DNA of 64,000 nt. It comes from Spongospora subterranea f. sp. subterranea. Lineage: Eukaryota. A model generated the notes under the pieces. The model saw nothing but the letters and a program-made list of their open reading frames with translations. It was not told the origin of the DNA and searched no databases. Each line of letters starts with the position of its first letter. The first letter of the stretch is position 1. The stretch is taken from contig JAUGWO010000124.1 of NCBI GenBank assembly GCA_049724395.1, positions 1 through 64,000 on the forward strand. The letters run 5' to 3'. Made by a program: the position numbers and the translations under genes. Shown here piece by piece: positions 21,729 through 41,364 of this stretch.

Positions 21729-23804
21729 TGTCAGGAATGTTAATACAAACGATGTTAATAGTAAACGACGTTATCCGAACTGAGCATTTGCCCAGTTCGG
21801 ACGGTACGCTTCAATCGTTTATTAATAATATACGTTGTGAGTAGTACGGTCGGTAGTACGGTCGTCGTACGGTCGTGACAGTATCCCCCCTTTCGGCCGC
21901 GGTGCCTCAGGATGAGTCTGATGAAATTGAACAATACAATCCTTTAAAGCGGGTGTGGCGGAAAGGAGTAGCGATGATGAGGGTTCCCAAGTACGATCCG
22001 AGACGTCGTAACCCTTCCAGTCTACCAGATACTGGTGTTGACCACGTAAGAGTCGCGAAGCAATTATATCTTCAACCTCATAAAGAGGTTGTTGGCTATC
22101 GTCCAAGGTAAACGGTGGTGGTTTACATTGTTTGCGACCAGGCAGTTGATTCTCGATATAGGGCTCTAGTAGCGAACAATGAAAAACGCGGTGCAATCTG
22201 GAGTCTTTCGGGAGATCAAGCTCATAGGCAACAGGGTTAACTATTCGAACAATAATGAAAGGGCCTAACCGCTTTTCAGAAAGCTTGTCACAGGGCCTCT
22301 TGGAAGGGATCGAATCGCGAATTAACCACACCTTATCGCCAATGATAAATTCGTGATGTGCTCGACGTTTCCTATCGGCAAAACGCTTCATATTATCCAC
22401 AGATTTCCGTAAGGTCGATTGAAGACGAGTGTGAACATCGTGAAGGTGGGAGATCAACTCCACAGTGGAAGGGTTTGGACATGATCCACTACTTGGAACT
22501 CGCAAATCATGCCGAACGTGGAATCCATAATTCGCGTAGAAAGGAGAGATTCCAGTTGAAGAATGGAAAGACTGATATTGTGTCTGATAGAGGGCCCCAG
22601 TTCGTTGCCCAATTCTGGAAGCATCTTCTGAAGTCCTTACATATTCAACGGAATCTCTCCTCGTCACGTCATCCTGAATCAGACGGTCAAACAGAGCGAG
22701 TAAATCAGGTTCTCGAATCATACTTGCGTTGTTTTATTAGCTATCGTCAAAACGACTGGGTGGATATTCTACCCATGGCTGAATTCGCGTACAACAATTC
22801 TTTCCATTCTTCAACTGGAATCTCTCCTTTCTACGCGAATTATGGATTCCACGTTCGGCATGATTTGCGAGTTCCAAGTAGTGGATCATGTCCAAACCCT
22901 TCCACTGTGGAGTTGATCTCCCACCTTCACGATGTTCACACTCGTCTTCAATCGACCTTACGGAAATCTGTGGATAATATGAAGCGTTTTGCCGATAGGA
23001 AACGTCGAGCACATCACGAATTTATCATTGGCGATAAGGTGTGGTTAATTCGCGATTCGATCCCTTCCAAGAGGCCCTGTGACAAGCTTTCTGAAAAGCG
23101 GTTAGGCCCTTTCATTATTGTTCGAATAGTTAACCCTGTTGCCTATGAGCTTGATCTCCCGAAAGACTCCAGATTGCACCGCGTTTTTCATTGTTCGCTA
23201 CTAGAGCCCTATATCGAGAATCAACTGCCTGGTCGCAAACAATGTAAACCACCACCGTTTACCTTGGACGATAGCCAACAACCTCTTTATGAGGTTGAAG
23301 ATATAATTGCTTCGCGACTCTTACGTGGTCAACACCAGTATCTGGTAGACTGGAAGGGTTACGACGTCTCGGATCGTACTTGGGAACCCTCATCATCGCT
23401 ACTCCTTTCCGCCACACCCGCTTTAAAGGATTGTATTGTTCAATTTCATCTGACGCATCCTGAGGCACCGCGGCCGAAGGGGGGTACTGTCACGACCGTA
23501 CGACGACCGTACTACTGACAACGTATATCATTAATAAACGATTGAAGCGTACCGTCCGAACTGGGCAAGTGCTCAGCTCGGACAACGTCGTTTACTATTT
23601 AACATCGTTTGTATTAACATTCCTGACAGTAGTTTTAGGTATATAAGGACCCGAGAATGATGGCCTTGTGCCATCATAGTACCTTTTGGGTCAGTTGGTA
23701 ACTGTGTATCTCGGGCGCAGTTCCTAACAGTTCCGAACTGGGCAAATGCTCAGTTCGGACAACGTCGTTTACTATTAACATCGTTTGTATTAACATTCCT
23801 GACA
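21729..23804. mobile_element. Inverted pair of chromovirus 3' ends with LTRs
   Basis: 21729-22571 is the reverse complement of 22799-23628. LTRs TGTCA...TGACA at 21729-21880 (-) and 23488-23628 (+); PPT at 23477-23484; extra half LTR at ~23732-23804. Confidence 0.92.
22572..23518 (+). pseudogene. 5'-truncated Gypsy integrase plus chromodomain
   Basis: IVSDRGPQF, HPESDGQTERVNQ, LGPF and YEVEDII...YLVDWKGY...TWEP, without stops. Confidence 0.9.
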
Positions 23805-24677
23805 GTTTGTCTGGACTTTCATCTGCAGCTACATCTTTACCACTCCTTCTTCGAAGCCTGCTTAGCTAGACTCCATCTACACGGAATAAAATGATTGCTA
23901 ACAACAAAAATTCTGCAATGGTGTGGTAGCACCATGTTTCTATAAGTTCTGTCAAAAAGTATCACGCTCTTCATTATTGAGATTACGCTTGGTACCAATC
24001 TGGGAATTTAAACTTCAACAATCAGCACATCAACGATTAGCATTACTGGAGAAGAACACGGAAAATACTTTAAAGGAATCCTACGAGCACGGAAAATACT
24101 TTGAAGGAATCCTACCAGCACACTACATCAAAAAATTAACGGCCAGGGATGAAGTTTTTGGCACAATTTTTCGGCTTTCGCCATAATCCAAACCAACTTC
24201 AAAATCATCGCACTTCGTTTGGAACGTGATTGAGTGAAATCTTTTCAATTTCTCGCACTTCCCCTTACGAAGGAAATCAAAAACAATCAGCAAATTATAT
24301 AAAGCAAGGAGCTTTTAACTAGAACAAAGAAGGGTTCCCAGAGGGTTAGGTTTAATAAGCCCAATAGACCCATTGTGCAAAACGATGTCGATCATGATCC
24401 AGTATGATCATGATGATTCCTGTGGTCGCGCAACTATTGGTTGGGCGGACCTATGGCGCAGCCAGGTTGTTGCCACCCTCCCCATAGCCGTAGAGTGTGG
24501 GTTTGTGTACAGGCGCGGCCCGTTACCAAGGATTCGTCCGCACGCATTTCCTGCGTTGGAGTCTCATTTGTATTCGATATTACCATCGCCTATTGCCTAT
24601 AGGCAATCGATCACCATCGCAGGTGCAGCCCGTTAAAAAACGGGTCTGTATCACTGTGTATGTCCCGTTCGCCAATC

Positions 24678-27736
<3,059 letters not shown>

Positions 27737-28106
27737 CACATTTCAAATAATCTAATATATATCTCATATCCAAATATGTTTCGTATGGATTGGTGATCTT
27801 CCGCATCTGCCATGAGGGCTGTTCTATATTGGCAACAATCGTGTGGGCTACTGTAGTGATCTGCCCAATAATGACGAGATCGCGCACAGAGTGGCTTTCT
27901 CAATCAATAAAATAAAAACGAGGTTTTTGCTTTTTTAGCACAAAATGGGATTTTCCGTTGTACACGAATGGAAACATGTTCGTCAGGCGTATTGGTAGGA
28001 CTCAAACGAAGCAAAACGGGTTTAGAGGCCAAAGACGACAAATTCAACAGAAAATAGTGTTTGGCGGTATACACCTTACCGCACATAACACACGAGATGT
28101 CATTTA

Positions 28107-29122
28107 CTACCTCCGTTCGGAATAGTTGGCCAGTAAGCTTCTTTTTTACCCGATTAAGCTCATTTTTTTATTTAGGACAATAAATCTCTCGATTGCTGTC
28201 TTAGCGTTTGTGTAGGTTTCCTGATAATTCGTTCATAACCCACGTTCAATAGAAATGAACGACGCCCTACGAATACGACCCGTCATTGGTCTGTGTACAC
28301 GATCCCTTTGGTGCACGACAGGGTCCTCATGAAGTCATGTGTTTCGTGCACATTCCTAACATTCGATTCGGTAATCATTACAAAACCAAGAGCAGCAGCC
28401 ATTGACGCGAAATGGTCAAGTCGAAAGAGCTTGGTGCTGACCAAGGCAGAGGAATGTATGAACGGCTCCTGTCGATGCTGGATGACAATGCTAATAAGAA
28501 AGGTTTTGCCCGCAAATAGGTCCAAGTTCTCCAATGACATTTCAATGATTATCCAACAAGATAATGCAAGACCCCATATTCGGCCACATGATCCTTTTGT
28601 TGCAGCAGCCAAAGAGGGTGGATACAAGATAAATTTGTTCTGTCAACCCCCAAACAATCCGGATATGAACATTTTGGATTTTGGGTTTTTCAGTGCAATC
28701 CAGTCACTGCAGAAACAAAAAACAACTGCGAATTTGGATGAGTTGATCACGGCAGTGTTAAGGTCGTTTGACGAACTGGACCCTGTCGAAATCAGTTCGA
28801 CTTTTTGACACTACATACGGTGCTGCAGTCCTGCATTGACGATGATGGCGGCAACAGATTCAAAATCCAGCACATCGGGAAAGAGAAGTTACAAGGGCAG
28901 GACAGCTTCCAATTGCACTTCCTTGTTCCGTGGAATCGGTCGCGAATGCGAAAATGATCATCGTGGATGATGAGATGGCTCAGCTATTCACTGCAAATGT
29001 GAAATAACGTTGCTCAAATCTACTCAAATCCTATTGATTTCAAAGGGTGAAAGTGCAACCGGCCAGCTATTTTGGAACTAAACAAAAGTGTGTACCGGCC
29101 AACTATTTCCGAACGGAGGTAG
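28107..29122 (+). mobile_element. Internally deleted DD39D-type mariner element
   Basis: TIR CTACCTCCGTTCGGAA(A)TAGTTGGCC with TA flanks; IQQDNARPH...QPPNNPDMNILDFGFF. Confidence 0.9.
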
Positions 29123-30081
29123 TAAATAAATAACAGTGTCTGGTGTTGTGGACCATATCGCACAAACCACAACAAGAACACGCGTATGGTCCCAAAAAAG
29201 TAAACTCGGAAAATCCTTAAAGATATTTCGGTGAGTGGAAGAAATGGGATATTGTCTCTCCCCGGTTTTAATTTAGGCCGATCCATTTTTGATTCCTGAA
29301 TAGATTGAAAAATCGGATAATGATGAGAGTCATTTTTGTATGAATCCATTAAACCAATCCTGTGTTGTTGAATAGATCTTTGCCTCTCTCTTTAAATGAG
29401 ACATATAACCGTATTGGACTCAGATCATCCCAACCATCCAAGGTGCGACTGTCGTCGACCGAGGAGATCATCCTCATTACGACACGCTGGTGTTAACGCT
29501 CCTCGTATAAAGTCAAACATGCAAACATTGGATATCCTAATGAAGTGAAAGCACCGCTCGATGAGCGAAAGTGGAATTTTACAGAAACCTGTTGTGATTC
29601 ATAAAAGATTAGTATCAGATTAGCTAACTTGGGTTCAATCATTAAATACAAATCGTTCACCTGTGCGTATTCAGTTCAATACATCCTTACTGCATGGAGA
29701 GCACTCCCCATTCATCCGACCAACGGGAGCTGTTAATGGCTGTCTTTAATCGATAATTGTAAACTGCAGGTGTATGCAAACTTACAAAAGGACCTTTACC
29801 GATTTCAAGAGTTTCACATTGTGGGCCAGGCCCTGGCAGGCCCTTCGATATCCAATTACACCAGAAGTGTGACTACAACTGGATTGGTTGCGCTCAATCA
29901 GTTTAACATTTGTGATATTGGATTATGGGACCGATGAGATAGGGGAAACAGTGCTTGGTCATCTACTCCATAGCCGACAGACACAGCACAAGAACAGTCT
30001 GACGACAGGGATTGCATTAAAGACCCAGGTGCCGCCCCTGCTGTATTGCACTCTCCTCCACCATTACCAGGGTTCACCATT

Positions 30082-32430
<2,349 letters not shown>

Positions 32431-33319
32431 ATAACATATTGTCTACTTTCATTCTTTACAAATACAGTAGCAGCAATTTTCTTGTGATTTGCAGAATCAC
32501 CGCTGCAGTACAACCGCCAAGTGTCAAACTTCTTGATCGCATTCATATGCAGTGTCAGATTGCTTGTTATTATATGATTGATCAGCGAGGCGGAAAATCA
32601 AAGCCTGACTTCACTCTGTGGTATTCAACTTGTATGGATTGTTAGTTAAAGGAGTCTTTCACATCTGCAATAGTGTCTTGTCCACTGTAGCTCTGCTAAG
32701 GTTCTCATGATCGTATTCGGGTTCGGTAATACTGCAAGAGTGAGCAGCTGCTCCGGCTCTGGTGGCGAATTCGTCGACGGTAGAATGCTTCGCCACCAGA
32801 CCCGGAGCAAATTTGGAAATACGTAATTTTGTTGACCAAGGGCCTGAAGTTGATGATTTTGGGATTGATCGGATTTTATCTATGAGGACAACGATCCGCA
32901 ACACTAATCTTGAGCGTTAACCGACACTTACAGCTGTAGGAGAAGTCGATACGCTGCCGTATGGATGAGATGTCGTCTCGCTAGCAGCAGCGTGCAATCA
33001 AGAGTGGCGATAACCAAACAAGTTAATCCCAGGGTAGACTAATGCCACCCATTGGTCACCTGAGACATAAGATCCTGGTTGAAGTGCCTCCTTTTTCACG
33101 TCACAGCTTCTCACAGTTTTTTGGGGTTTGTGACGAGGTCAATGGGAGTCGTCTCCGTTTTGAAAAGGAGGTCCCAGAAGTCCCAGATGTCCCAGATCTA
33201 CTTTTCAAAAAGTGGACGACTTCAAGTCGTTTTTGACTCTGGACCTGGAAGTCAAAAGAAAGCCCTTTCATCTCCAAATCGAGCGGCGAAGTTGGGGCAC
33301 TTGTCGAAGCAGATACGGT

Positions 33320-33900
33320 CAAAATTGCTGTGTACGATAGGTGGTATTGCCGAAAGGGGTTTACCGCTGTTAATATGCAGGCGACTGTCGATCCTAGACA
33401 GCGATTTCAAGAATATTCGGTGCGCCTTGGAAGCTGTAGCGACAAGGTTTCATGGAAGATGAGCAGTCTGCAGCGAATCGTATTGCAGGATCACCCCATT
33501 GGGATGCACATATTGGGGGACGATGGGTATACCCTCGCGTCGTATCTCATGATCCCATACGACATTTTCCCTGCATGCCCCTGTCCAACAAGAAATACAA
33601 CTATCTCCACAACCGATCCAGGATTCCTGTGGAGTTCCGCTTTCGGGAAAATAAAGGGCAAATGGCGAATACTTAAACGCGTGCTAATATGACATCGGTA
33701 GAGCGATTGTGTAAGACGATCGTCTCATGTTTGGTGTTGCATAATATGTGCATTGACCTCAATGATGGCTCGGGCATTGGTGACAGATATCAAGATCTGC
33801 ACCTCGATCACCACAGTCGCAATGACATGCGCATGAATAAAAATAGAAGTGATGCAATGACCAAACGGGACAGGATCCCAGATTATTTGGTTGATTGGGA
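33320..33900 (+). pseudogene. Harbinger (HARBI1-like) DDE nuclease remnant
   Basis: CRKGFTAVNMQATVD, GSCSD, LGDDGY, YNYLH, AFGKIKGKWRIL and CLVLHNMC; frameshifted. Confidence 0.85.
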
Positions 33901-34383
33901 AACAAAATCAAAATTGAAGTCAGTTTATCTAAGCTTGGTTGGCTTGTTTTCTGTCGCTGACTCTGGTGCCAAGGGTTTCTGGTCCACCTTGCGCTTCTTT
34001 GGTTTAGGCGGCCCTGCCACGATTGCTTGTACGGGCACTTGTTGCATAGAGATCGGTGTCGACACCAACTGCGATTCTTATTAGAGACTAGATCTGAAAT
34101 TGAGCACATCAACCTCCATCTACCTCGCTTTTTTTACAGATTGTGTGGTCGACCGTCAGAGAAACCCCCAAAAAGCTGTGACGTCAAAAAGGAGGCATTT
34201 TCGCACTTCAACCAGGCTCTAAACGAGATTGTATGATCAAATAGTCATTTCTGTTGCACTGTCCAACCTAATCATCAAAACTCGTCCAGGTAGCGCTGCT
34301 CATACCAGAAACTGCATTTTTTCATCCAGAATTTAGCAAACGCATTTTTTTGTCTTTATAAACGCATTATTTATTTTCAAAAA

Positions 34384-37300
34384 TTATTTTACTCGTTTCC
34401 TGGATCGCCTCAGTGTCATCGAGTTGATCGAGTGCTCGTAAAGAATCGCAATAAAAAAGTCGGCAACCATGAGCATGGCTAAATTACTCTTCAACGGGCC
34501 ATCAGGCATGGGATGGAGTTCAAGAGCGGCATTTACTGAGGGAAACACTTCCAAGGCCAAAGAGAAAACAGATACGGATGACAAGCAAAGACAACGCCAT
34601 AAAGCCTGCACAAGGTGTAAGAACACGGCTATGGGGAAAAGAAAACAAAAGAATGATTACTTTGTTCTCCTGCAGTGACTGCATAAACGGATGCCCTTTG
34701 TAATTAGCTGCAAATGTAGAGAGAGTCATTGACGTAGATATCAAATAAACTACAGTATTGAGAACGTTAGGGGAAAAGTCAGCATCGAGGTTCTTATCCA
34801 TGCTGCAATCAATAAATCAGTTGAAGTAAGGACAACAATGCGATGAGAATGGGTACGGTGCACGATAGATATGGGCCCACCGAACAGCGGTGACAAGAGA
34901 AAAGAGATGGATGGCAAACTGGCCGACAATAGAGAGGAACATGGAGATGGTGAAAACCGATGACTAAGGTTGACGTTGAGTGGGCAGAAATGAGCGCTGG
35001 CTAGACGGGTAACCATAAATCAGGTGATCATACCTGTGGGCGCTCGGCAGAAAGAGCATGAAGCGGTGTAGCTCGCGAAATGAACAAAAACATCATGGCG
35101 ACAGCCATACCAGAAACGGTCATCTGGGTATCGCCCAGCTTGACACCGTCCAGGTAGAGGACTGAAAGCGAATACGCGGAAATTAGGCATTGCAGGGCAA
35201 GGATCTGATACATCTGCATCGTGGTCACCAGCGTGCATCGACCCTGCCGAACCACATCGAGACAGCAATCGACCTGGGATCGTTTCGCTGTGAAAGGAGC
35301 AGCCACCGAGGCGTCTCCTAAGGACACGACCTGGATATCGTCGGATACACTCATGGCCGCCTTCTGTCGCAGGCCTCCGCCCTTGCCAGCTTTTACTTCA
35401 TGCCGAGCCTTGCTGCCTTGACTCGCGCCACCTTCACCGCCACAGTTGGTTAGCAGCGCCACACCGACATGGGACTGCTTCAACGCCCCGACGTCATTTG
35501 TACCATCGCCACACATTAGGGTGACCCGACCGCTTTCTTTCAGCGATGAGATGATCATCTACATGCAATATCAGTAACCTGCATACGTCGCTTAGAAAAG
35601 TTGATTAACACCTGTTTTTGTTCAGGATTGACCCTTGCGAATACAGTTGTCATGAGAATGAGATCAGAGCGCTCCTGTAAATCAGAAATGCATTGCAGGG
35701 CGGCGCCAGTGACACACAGAGAAGCGGTGAGAGATGGACGCACAGCAGGCAGGTACGGAATGGGAGCTCCCGATCCATCAACCGAGAGCCAGCGCAGATT
35801 GGGATTGCTGTCTTCTATGATTGCCGAAATCACGAAAGGGCGGAGAGTAAAAATAACACCATACCCGAAGAATCCGTCAAAATTAGAGTGGCAGACCGCG
35901 ATGATGTTAGATTCAGGCGACGAGACACTTCACAAGCTGTCAAAGCATGATCGCCCTGAAGCGATGAGGTCGGATACAAGAAAGCTAATTATCTTGCAAT
36001 ATACCGTGATCATTAGCACATGATGGCTACTCGAGAGAAATGCATTGACAGTTGATAAGGATGATGTCTTGATGGGGCTTTCAAGGACCATGAATCCGGT
36101 AAACACCTAAAGTATTTTTAGTTGATGGGTTGTCGCCACCAAAGCAACACGTGATACTACCAAGTTGGACTCCACCTCTCCTCTGGAGAGTTTCAAAGCT
36201 GAAGGCTCGTTGATTGAAACAGACCGTAGGGGACGATAAGCCATGGCAAGGACCCGACAGCCACGCCTGGAGTAGTACTTGTGTGTGGCCTCATACTGGT
36301 CGGGGACTGAGGCCAGCAAAGAAACGAGTGCTTCAGGGGCACCCTTGCAAACGACTACCATTCAGAATCAGACCGGAGCGCACCACATTGTAATCTCTTT
36401 GCATCCTAACCTATTGATTGGCTCTCATTCAGATTGACAATACATGTCATACGTCTCAACGCTGTCCAGAAAATGGTGAACCTATAGAAATGCAGCGGAT
36501 GTATGAAAATACCTGATTCGAAGGCAAAGCGGCGAACAATCTTGAGAGAATCATGCGACACGGAATTCCGCAATGATAGTATACCTGCACCACTGCCTGA
36601 CAGAGCCTGCCAGCTCACAGCTTGCACAGCAGCAATTTCTAAAGGGTCACCGACAATATTCCCATCCAGAAACACTAGACTATGACAGGATCCAATTACA
36701 CGAGAGGCCCAGGATCTAGGGTCTACTGTACTCGATAGCAGCAAATGATCTGGTTTCGAAACTGTTCCTGACTTTTCGGGCGCTGAAACGCTAGAAGAGC
36801 CCGTATCTTGGCTAGCTACACCAAGAAATTCAAATTCATCTTCAGTAAGAGTACCCGTTTTGTCGAAGCAGATAGTATTGACAGCTCCAGCTAAAGGAAT
36901 ACGAAAGGGTTCAGTGCAGAATATACCTGAAATGACAGGAATCAATGAATCCACAGCATCTAAAGCACCGGTGCTTACGCTTCTGTAAAAGTGCTGCAAG
37001 TGAGGTGTTGACCGCAAGGGATAATTCCATGGGAAGTTCAGGTGGGACGACACTTGTAATGATCATGATGCAGTTCAGGATGAGCTTGGAACGAGCGCGA
37101 GACGGGTCACCCCATGACTCATAGAGGACATAGCTGGCTGAAGCGATCGCAAACAGTAACAAACAAAATATGAACATGAACGATTCAGTGTTATTTACAG
37201 TGACGCGATCAGTTGCAGACATCATGGTGGATACCAGACGTCCTAGGAAAAGAGAATCGGCAATTGGAGACAAAAAAGCATCGTAAGGAGAGTTTACCTT

Positions 37301-38867
37301 GAGCAGTGTGGAATCCTGTACGAAGCACATACGCTATTGCGCCGCCGTCGGGTGGACGCCTGGATTCTGTCGGTGGAGATTGTACTATGACCCGGGTGCC
37401 ACCGAACAGAACGTGTGCTTTATCAGAGCCTTCAATGTCCAAGGGCAGAGAAAGCATCCCTGAAGCCGAAAGAGGCTCCTTCAACTATTTTATGAGAAGG
37501 TCATGTCAGATACTTGTAAATAGAAATGCAGGCACAAACCTGAGGAACTGACTCTCCAGTCAATAATGATTCATCAACAACACAAGATCCCTTGATCAAA
37601 ACAACATCACAAGGCACGTTATGACCACTGGATGGAGCTAAACAATAGACAGCATTATCAGCAATTTCCACGAGTGCATACACGAAACTTACGATATCGC
37701 TTTAGAGACAAAATATCACCGGGAAGAAGCTCTGAAGTCTTGACAGTACGCCATCGTCCAGTACGGTAAACACTAACATCGTAAACCGCCGCTCGCATGC
37801 TTCTGATCTGCTCCAGTGACGCTATGGCCCTCAGTTTAGCAAATGATAATCAATAAACTCAGATACACACAGATTCGCCGTTTGACAACAGACATTTCGA
37901 AGGCAACCAACATGAAAAGGGTCATTAGCGAATAATACCAATACCTAAGAAACCCCGGATTATTTCTTGAAATAAAAAATGATTAAAAGATGGAAACCGT
38001 ACTCGTCCAGCAGCCATAGCGAAACGCAGAACATTTGGAACACAAAGAATGGCGATGTGGCATGTTCAGCGAATAATTCAGAGAACAGAGGCATCGGAAT
38101 CTTGAACATGTTAAGACCATACTTGTGCCTCTAAAACAAGGAACTTGAATGAGAAACGAGAAATAATTGCATTCAAGACGCCGTCATTCATTACTCTGAT
38201 GAACATATCATCATCATCATGACCCAATCCTTGAGCGGAGACATAATGTTGGCGAACATGGGCTGTGGGAAAATCTAGCTCTACGAAAGCGTTTATGTCA
38301 ATTGACCATATGAATTTGCGGTGCTGATAAGTAAAGCCACGAATGCCACTAATTCGCTAAATGAAGACGAGTAAGAAGAGGGACTGTATCGAGCGGAGAG
38401 TATACCTGAATTGGGACTATTTCCCATGGAGAGAGAGCGGTCTGCTGCAATACCACATGAGTCGCAGAGCGGCTGGAATGGACGCGACGGAACCGGGTCA
38501 AACAGAGAACACGAACAGACCAAGTACAGGCTAGACAGGCAATCACATGAAGCGACACCGCAATAACGAACAGAACCAGGATTATAATGGACGATGAGCT
38601 GCAGCCGTCCATTAAAGACAATATGGATGGGCCCGAGGGAGCCGAGGCAGTGGTGTTCGAAGGCGGGGAAATGGGTACTTGAAGGATGGGCAACGACTGG
38701 TTGGAAGAAGGCAGGAGAAACGGAAGAGAGCATAGAGCCGCGTATATAAAGAAAAAGGGGGTGATATCCAAACGGAGAGGCGAAGTTGCTGGCAACGAGC
38801 GATAGAGCCGGGTCATATAAAGTGATGGACTCGAGACATGTGAACAGGACGGCACATTCACCATCAT
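34384..38867 (-). CDS. SPF1: P5A-type ATPase (Spf1/ATP13A1), multi-exon
   Basis: [48 protein letters not shown] and QGRCTLVTT. Confidence 0.95.
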
Positions 38868-39207
38868 AAACTCTGGAAAAAAAAACTAGCCCTGGCTATC
38901 TAAATTATTGTGGCCGTCGTTCACCGATAATCCAGATCTAAGAGATCAATCAGGACCTTGCAATGAATGTGAGTCCGAGATCCGGTTATTACAGCTGATG
39001 GTGGGAGAACAGAACTGCAGATCCGGGGATCAGACACCGTGTTCCACAGTGTATTTATGTAATACAGGTGCCTGTGCCGCATACATACCCACATGTCAAT
39101 CGTGGGTACACACACGATTATTGCGCTATTATAGGTGATAGGCTCCATGGGGAAGTGTCAGACCTGACTCACCTGACAGTCAGGCAACGGCCGACGCCCG
39201 CCTGATC

Positions 39208-39442
39208 ATGTCACCTGGTAGCAGTAGAAGACCTGCCTTCATACTCGCCACCATAACCATACTTGCTTTCACCTGTGTTGGCTATGTCCATATTGAGCAG
39301 ATTCGTGACAAGAAGGTATATGATGTCAAGAGGATTATCTTGGGAATGTTAATCTTGGTAATGATGATTATAGAGAATGCATGATGGGGTTGTTAGAGAT
39401 CGTGAAAGGCTTCAAGCGAAACTAATTCATATTGATCGATAA
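39208..39442 (+). CDS. PET117: Cytochrome c oxidase assembly factor PET117-like, 58 aa, 2 exons
   Basis: Exons 39208-39315 and 39374-39442 give MSPGSSRRPAFILATITILAFTCVGYVHIEQIRDKKRMHDGVVRDRERLQAKLIHIDR. Confidence 0.8.
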
Positions 39443-39479
39443 TGGAATTAATACTCATCAATACACTATTTAATCAATC

Positions 39480-40670
39480 TACGGTACGTTGTCGGAGGAT
39501 GTTGGTTCCGCTTTTTTCCTCAGATCTCCCGGAACCATCTCAGACGCGATGGAACTGCCGTTCCATGATAATCTTTCTAAGAACCCATCAAACCAATTTG
39601 GTGTTGAAGGAAAATCCAGCAATACACTACAATAATTGCCTATTTTTGATTTCAATAAAGAGTGAGAGAAAGGACATCAAACCTTTTCCGAAGAATTCTC
39701 ATTTTCACCAATGACTCCTGTAAATCTCAGTACATTGTACAGACTACAGTAACTAATGATCAAATCTAGTTTGTCCAGCCCGTTCCCAAAGAGTGATGAC
39801 GACAAAACTACTCTCAAGGGCTTTGAGTGGTGGTAATTTGGAAATCTGCACTTTCCGACTATCTGTTGAGAAATTTAGAGGATTCGAGTGTCTTCTCAAG
39901 ATGCTGTGTAGGTGGCGACCGCAGGGCTGAACAGAATCTAAGATCTATGTATTTTTCACCAACAGGTATTCTGATGATTGTCAAAATTACTACCGATTAA
40001 GGGTCTTCACATTCCTCTTTAAATTGACAACTTCAGTCCATGGAATTTTAGCTCGACTGAATAGAATGAATGTGGTTGATGTCGGTACAGTATCTCCAAA
40101 ATCCCTGGATATGACCAACGCATTGTACTTAAGCTCACAGGAAAACATCACAATAAGCTTATCAACTTCAATAACGGATTGTTTGGTGAATGGGAGAAGG
40201 AGGCAGTTAAAGACCTTTGTATAATCCTATGATAATATCAATAACACAGGCGCACGAGCTCCAATACTGGTCTTATTACCGCTCTGGTCACAACAAACCT
40301 GAGACCAGGCCGAGCATATTTATGGAGTCGCTTTAGCAGACCTAACCGGGTTGGGTTTATGATGGCTTCTGTTGCAGGGATTGGATCCATACCGACAATC
40401 TATAACTGGCACGAGCTCATTCTTATGGGCAGGAGCCATGACCTCCCTATTACCATTGTTTATTGGGACATGCTCTGCTAAATACCCAATAAACCGTAAT
40501 GTTTGTCGATGATTGTCGTTATGTCGTATGAGCCCCACCTAAAGTACCCAATATGCCATCTCAATTACATCAATCACTAACCATCCCAAGACGCCTTTTA
40601 GCAAGAACATTGTCATTACTGATTCGATAGTCCATTGATATATGGAGCCTTGCCTTATCATGAACCCCCA
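39480..40670 (-). CDS. Possible multi-exon hypothetical gene
   Basis: Open segments alternate with ~50-bp GT-AG-like intervals; no recognisable domain; model unresolved. Confidence 0.3.
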
Positions 40671-41364
40671 TCAAACATCAGATTGTATAATTAGGGCCCG
40701 TTTGCATATATTGTTATCAAACCACGGCATCCGTGACGGTGACCGTACGGAACCGGGACATTGAAGGTCTATAGAGGTCATTGTGCTATTGTCTGTGTGG
40801 ATGGTGTCGTAGCTTTCCTCCTTTTGTATATCGCCAACAGGTAGGCGCTTTTTTATTTCGTTATTATAATCCCTCCATTATCATATTGCGATTGTGTGTT
40901 TCCTACACGATTAGCTGGTGATTAGTTATTCTATTTGAGGTATATTAACTAGAACGCTTGGGCACTGGCCGAATGACTCGTTATTCATGATCAGAATCTT
41001 GTTGTCTACATTTTTATTTCATTTCGTTTATGCTAACTGTATTGCTGGCTTGGTGTCTGACCGACATTGCTTGTTAGGTGAGGATTGAATTCTCCAGGCA
41101 CATCTGCGTACAGAATGGTACGTTCAGCCGTTTATGTTGAAATTCTATTTCGAATTGGATTCAAATGATGTTTATATATTTATAGTCTTCTTTCTCTTGA
41201 ACTGGGGGTGATAGCCCAAAAATAATGTAACTAACTATGCAAATTCGCTGATTTATCCAATAATTCAATTTGATTGTCTTCGTGTTGGTTAAGGAGTTGC
41301 TAATCAATTGCCTTCTTGATATAGGTCTACTAACGATGTCAATTTCAATAAAACATAATTATCT

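Noticed and set aside
22358..22571. Novel N-terminal extension of the 386-aa ORF (and of ORF 21822-22721)
   Set aside because: Antisense read-through created by the palindrome.
8166..24000. Starship-like giant element with cargo
   Set aside because: No cargo genes follow the YR gene, only TE debris, and a plausible right end lies at 11218.
40780..41230. Non-coding snoRNA host transcript
   Set aside because: Splice-like signals without an ORF, but no canonical C/D box pair or guide identified.
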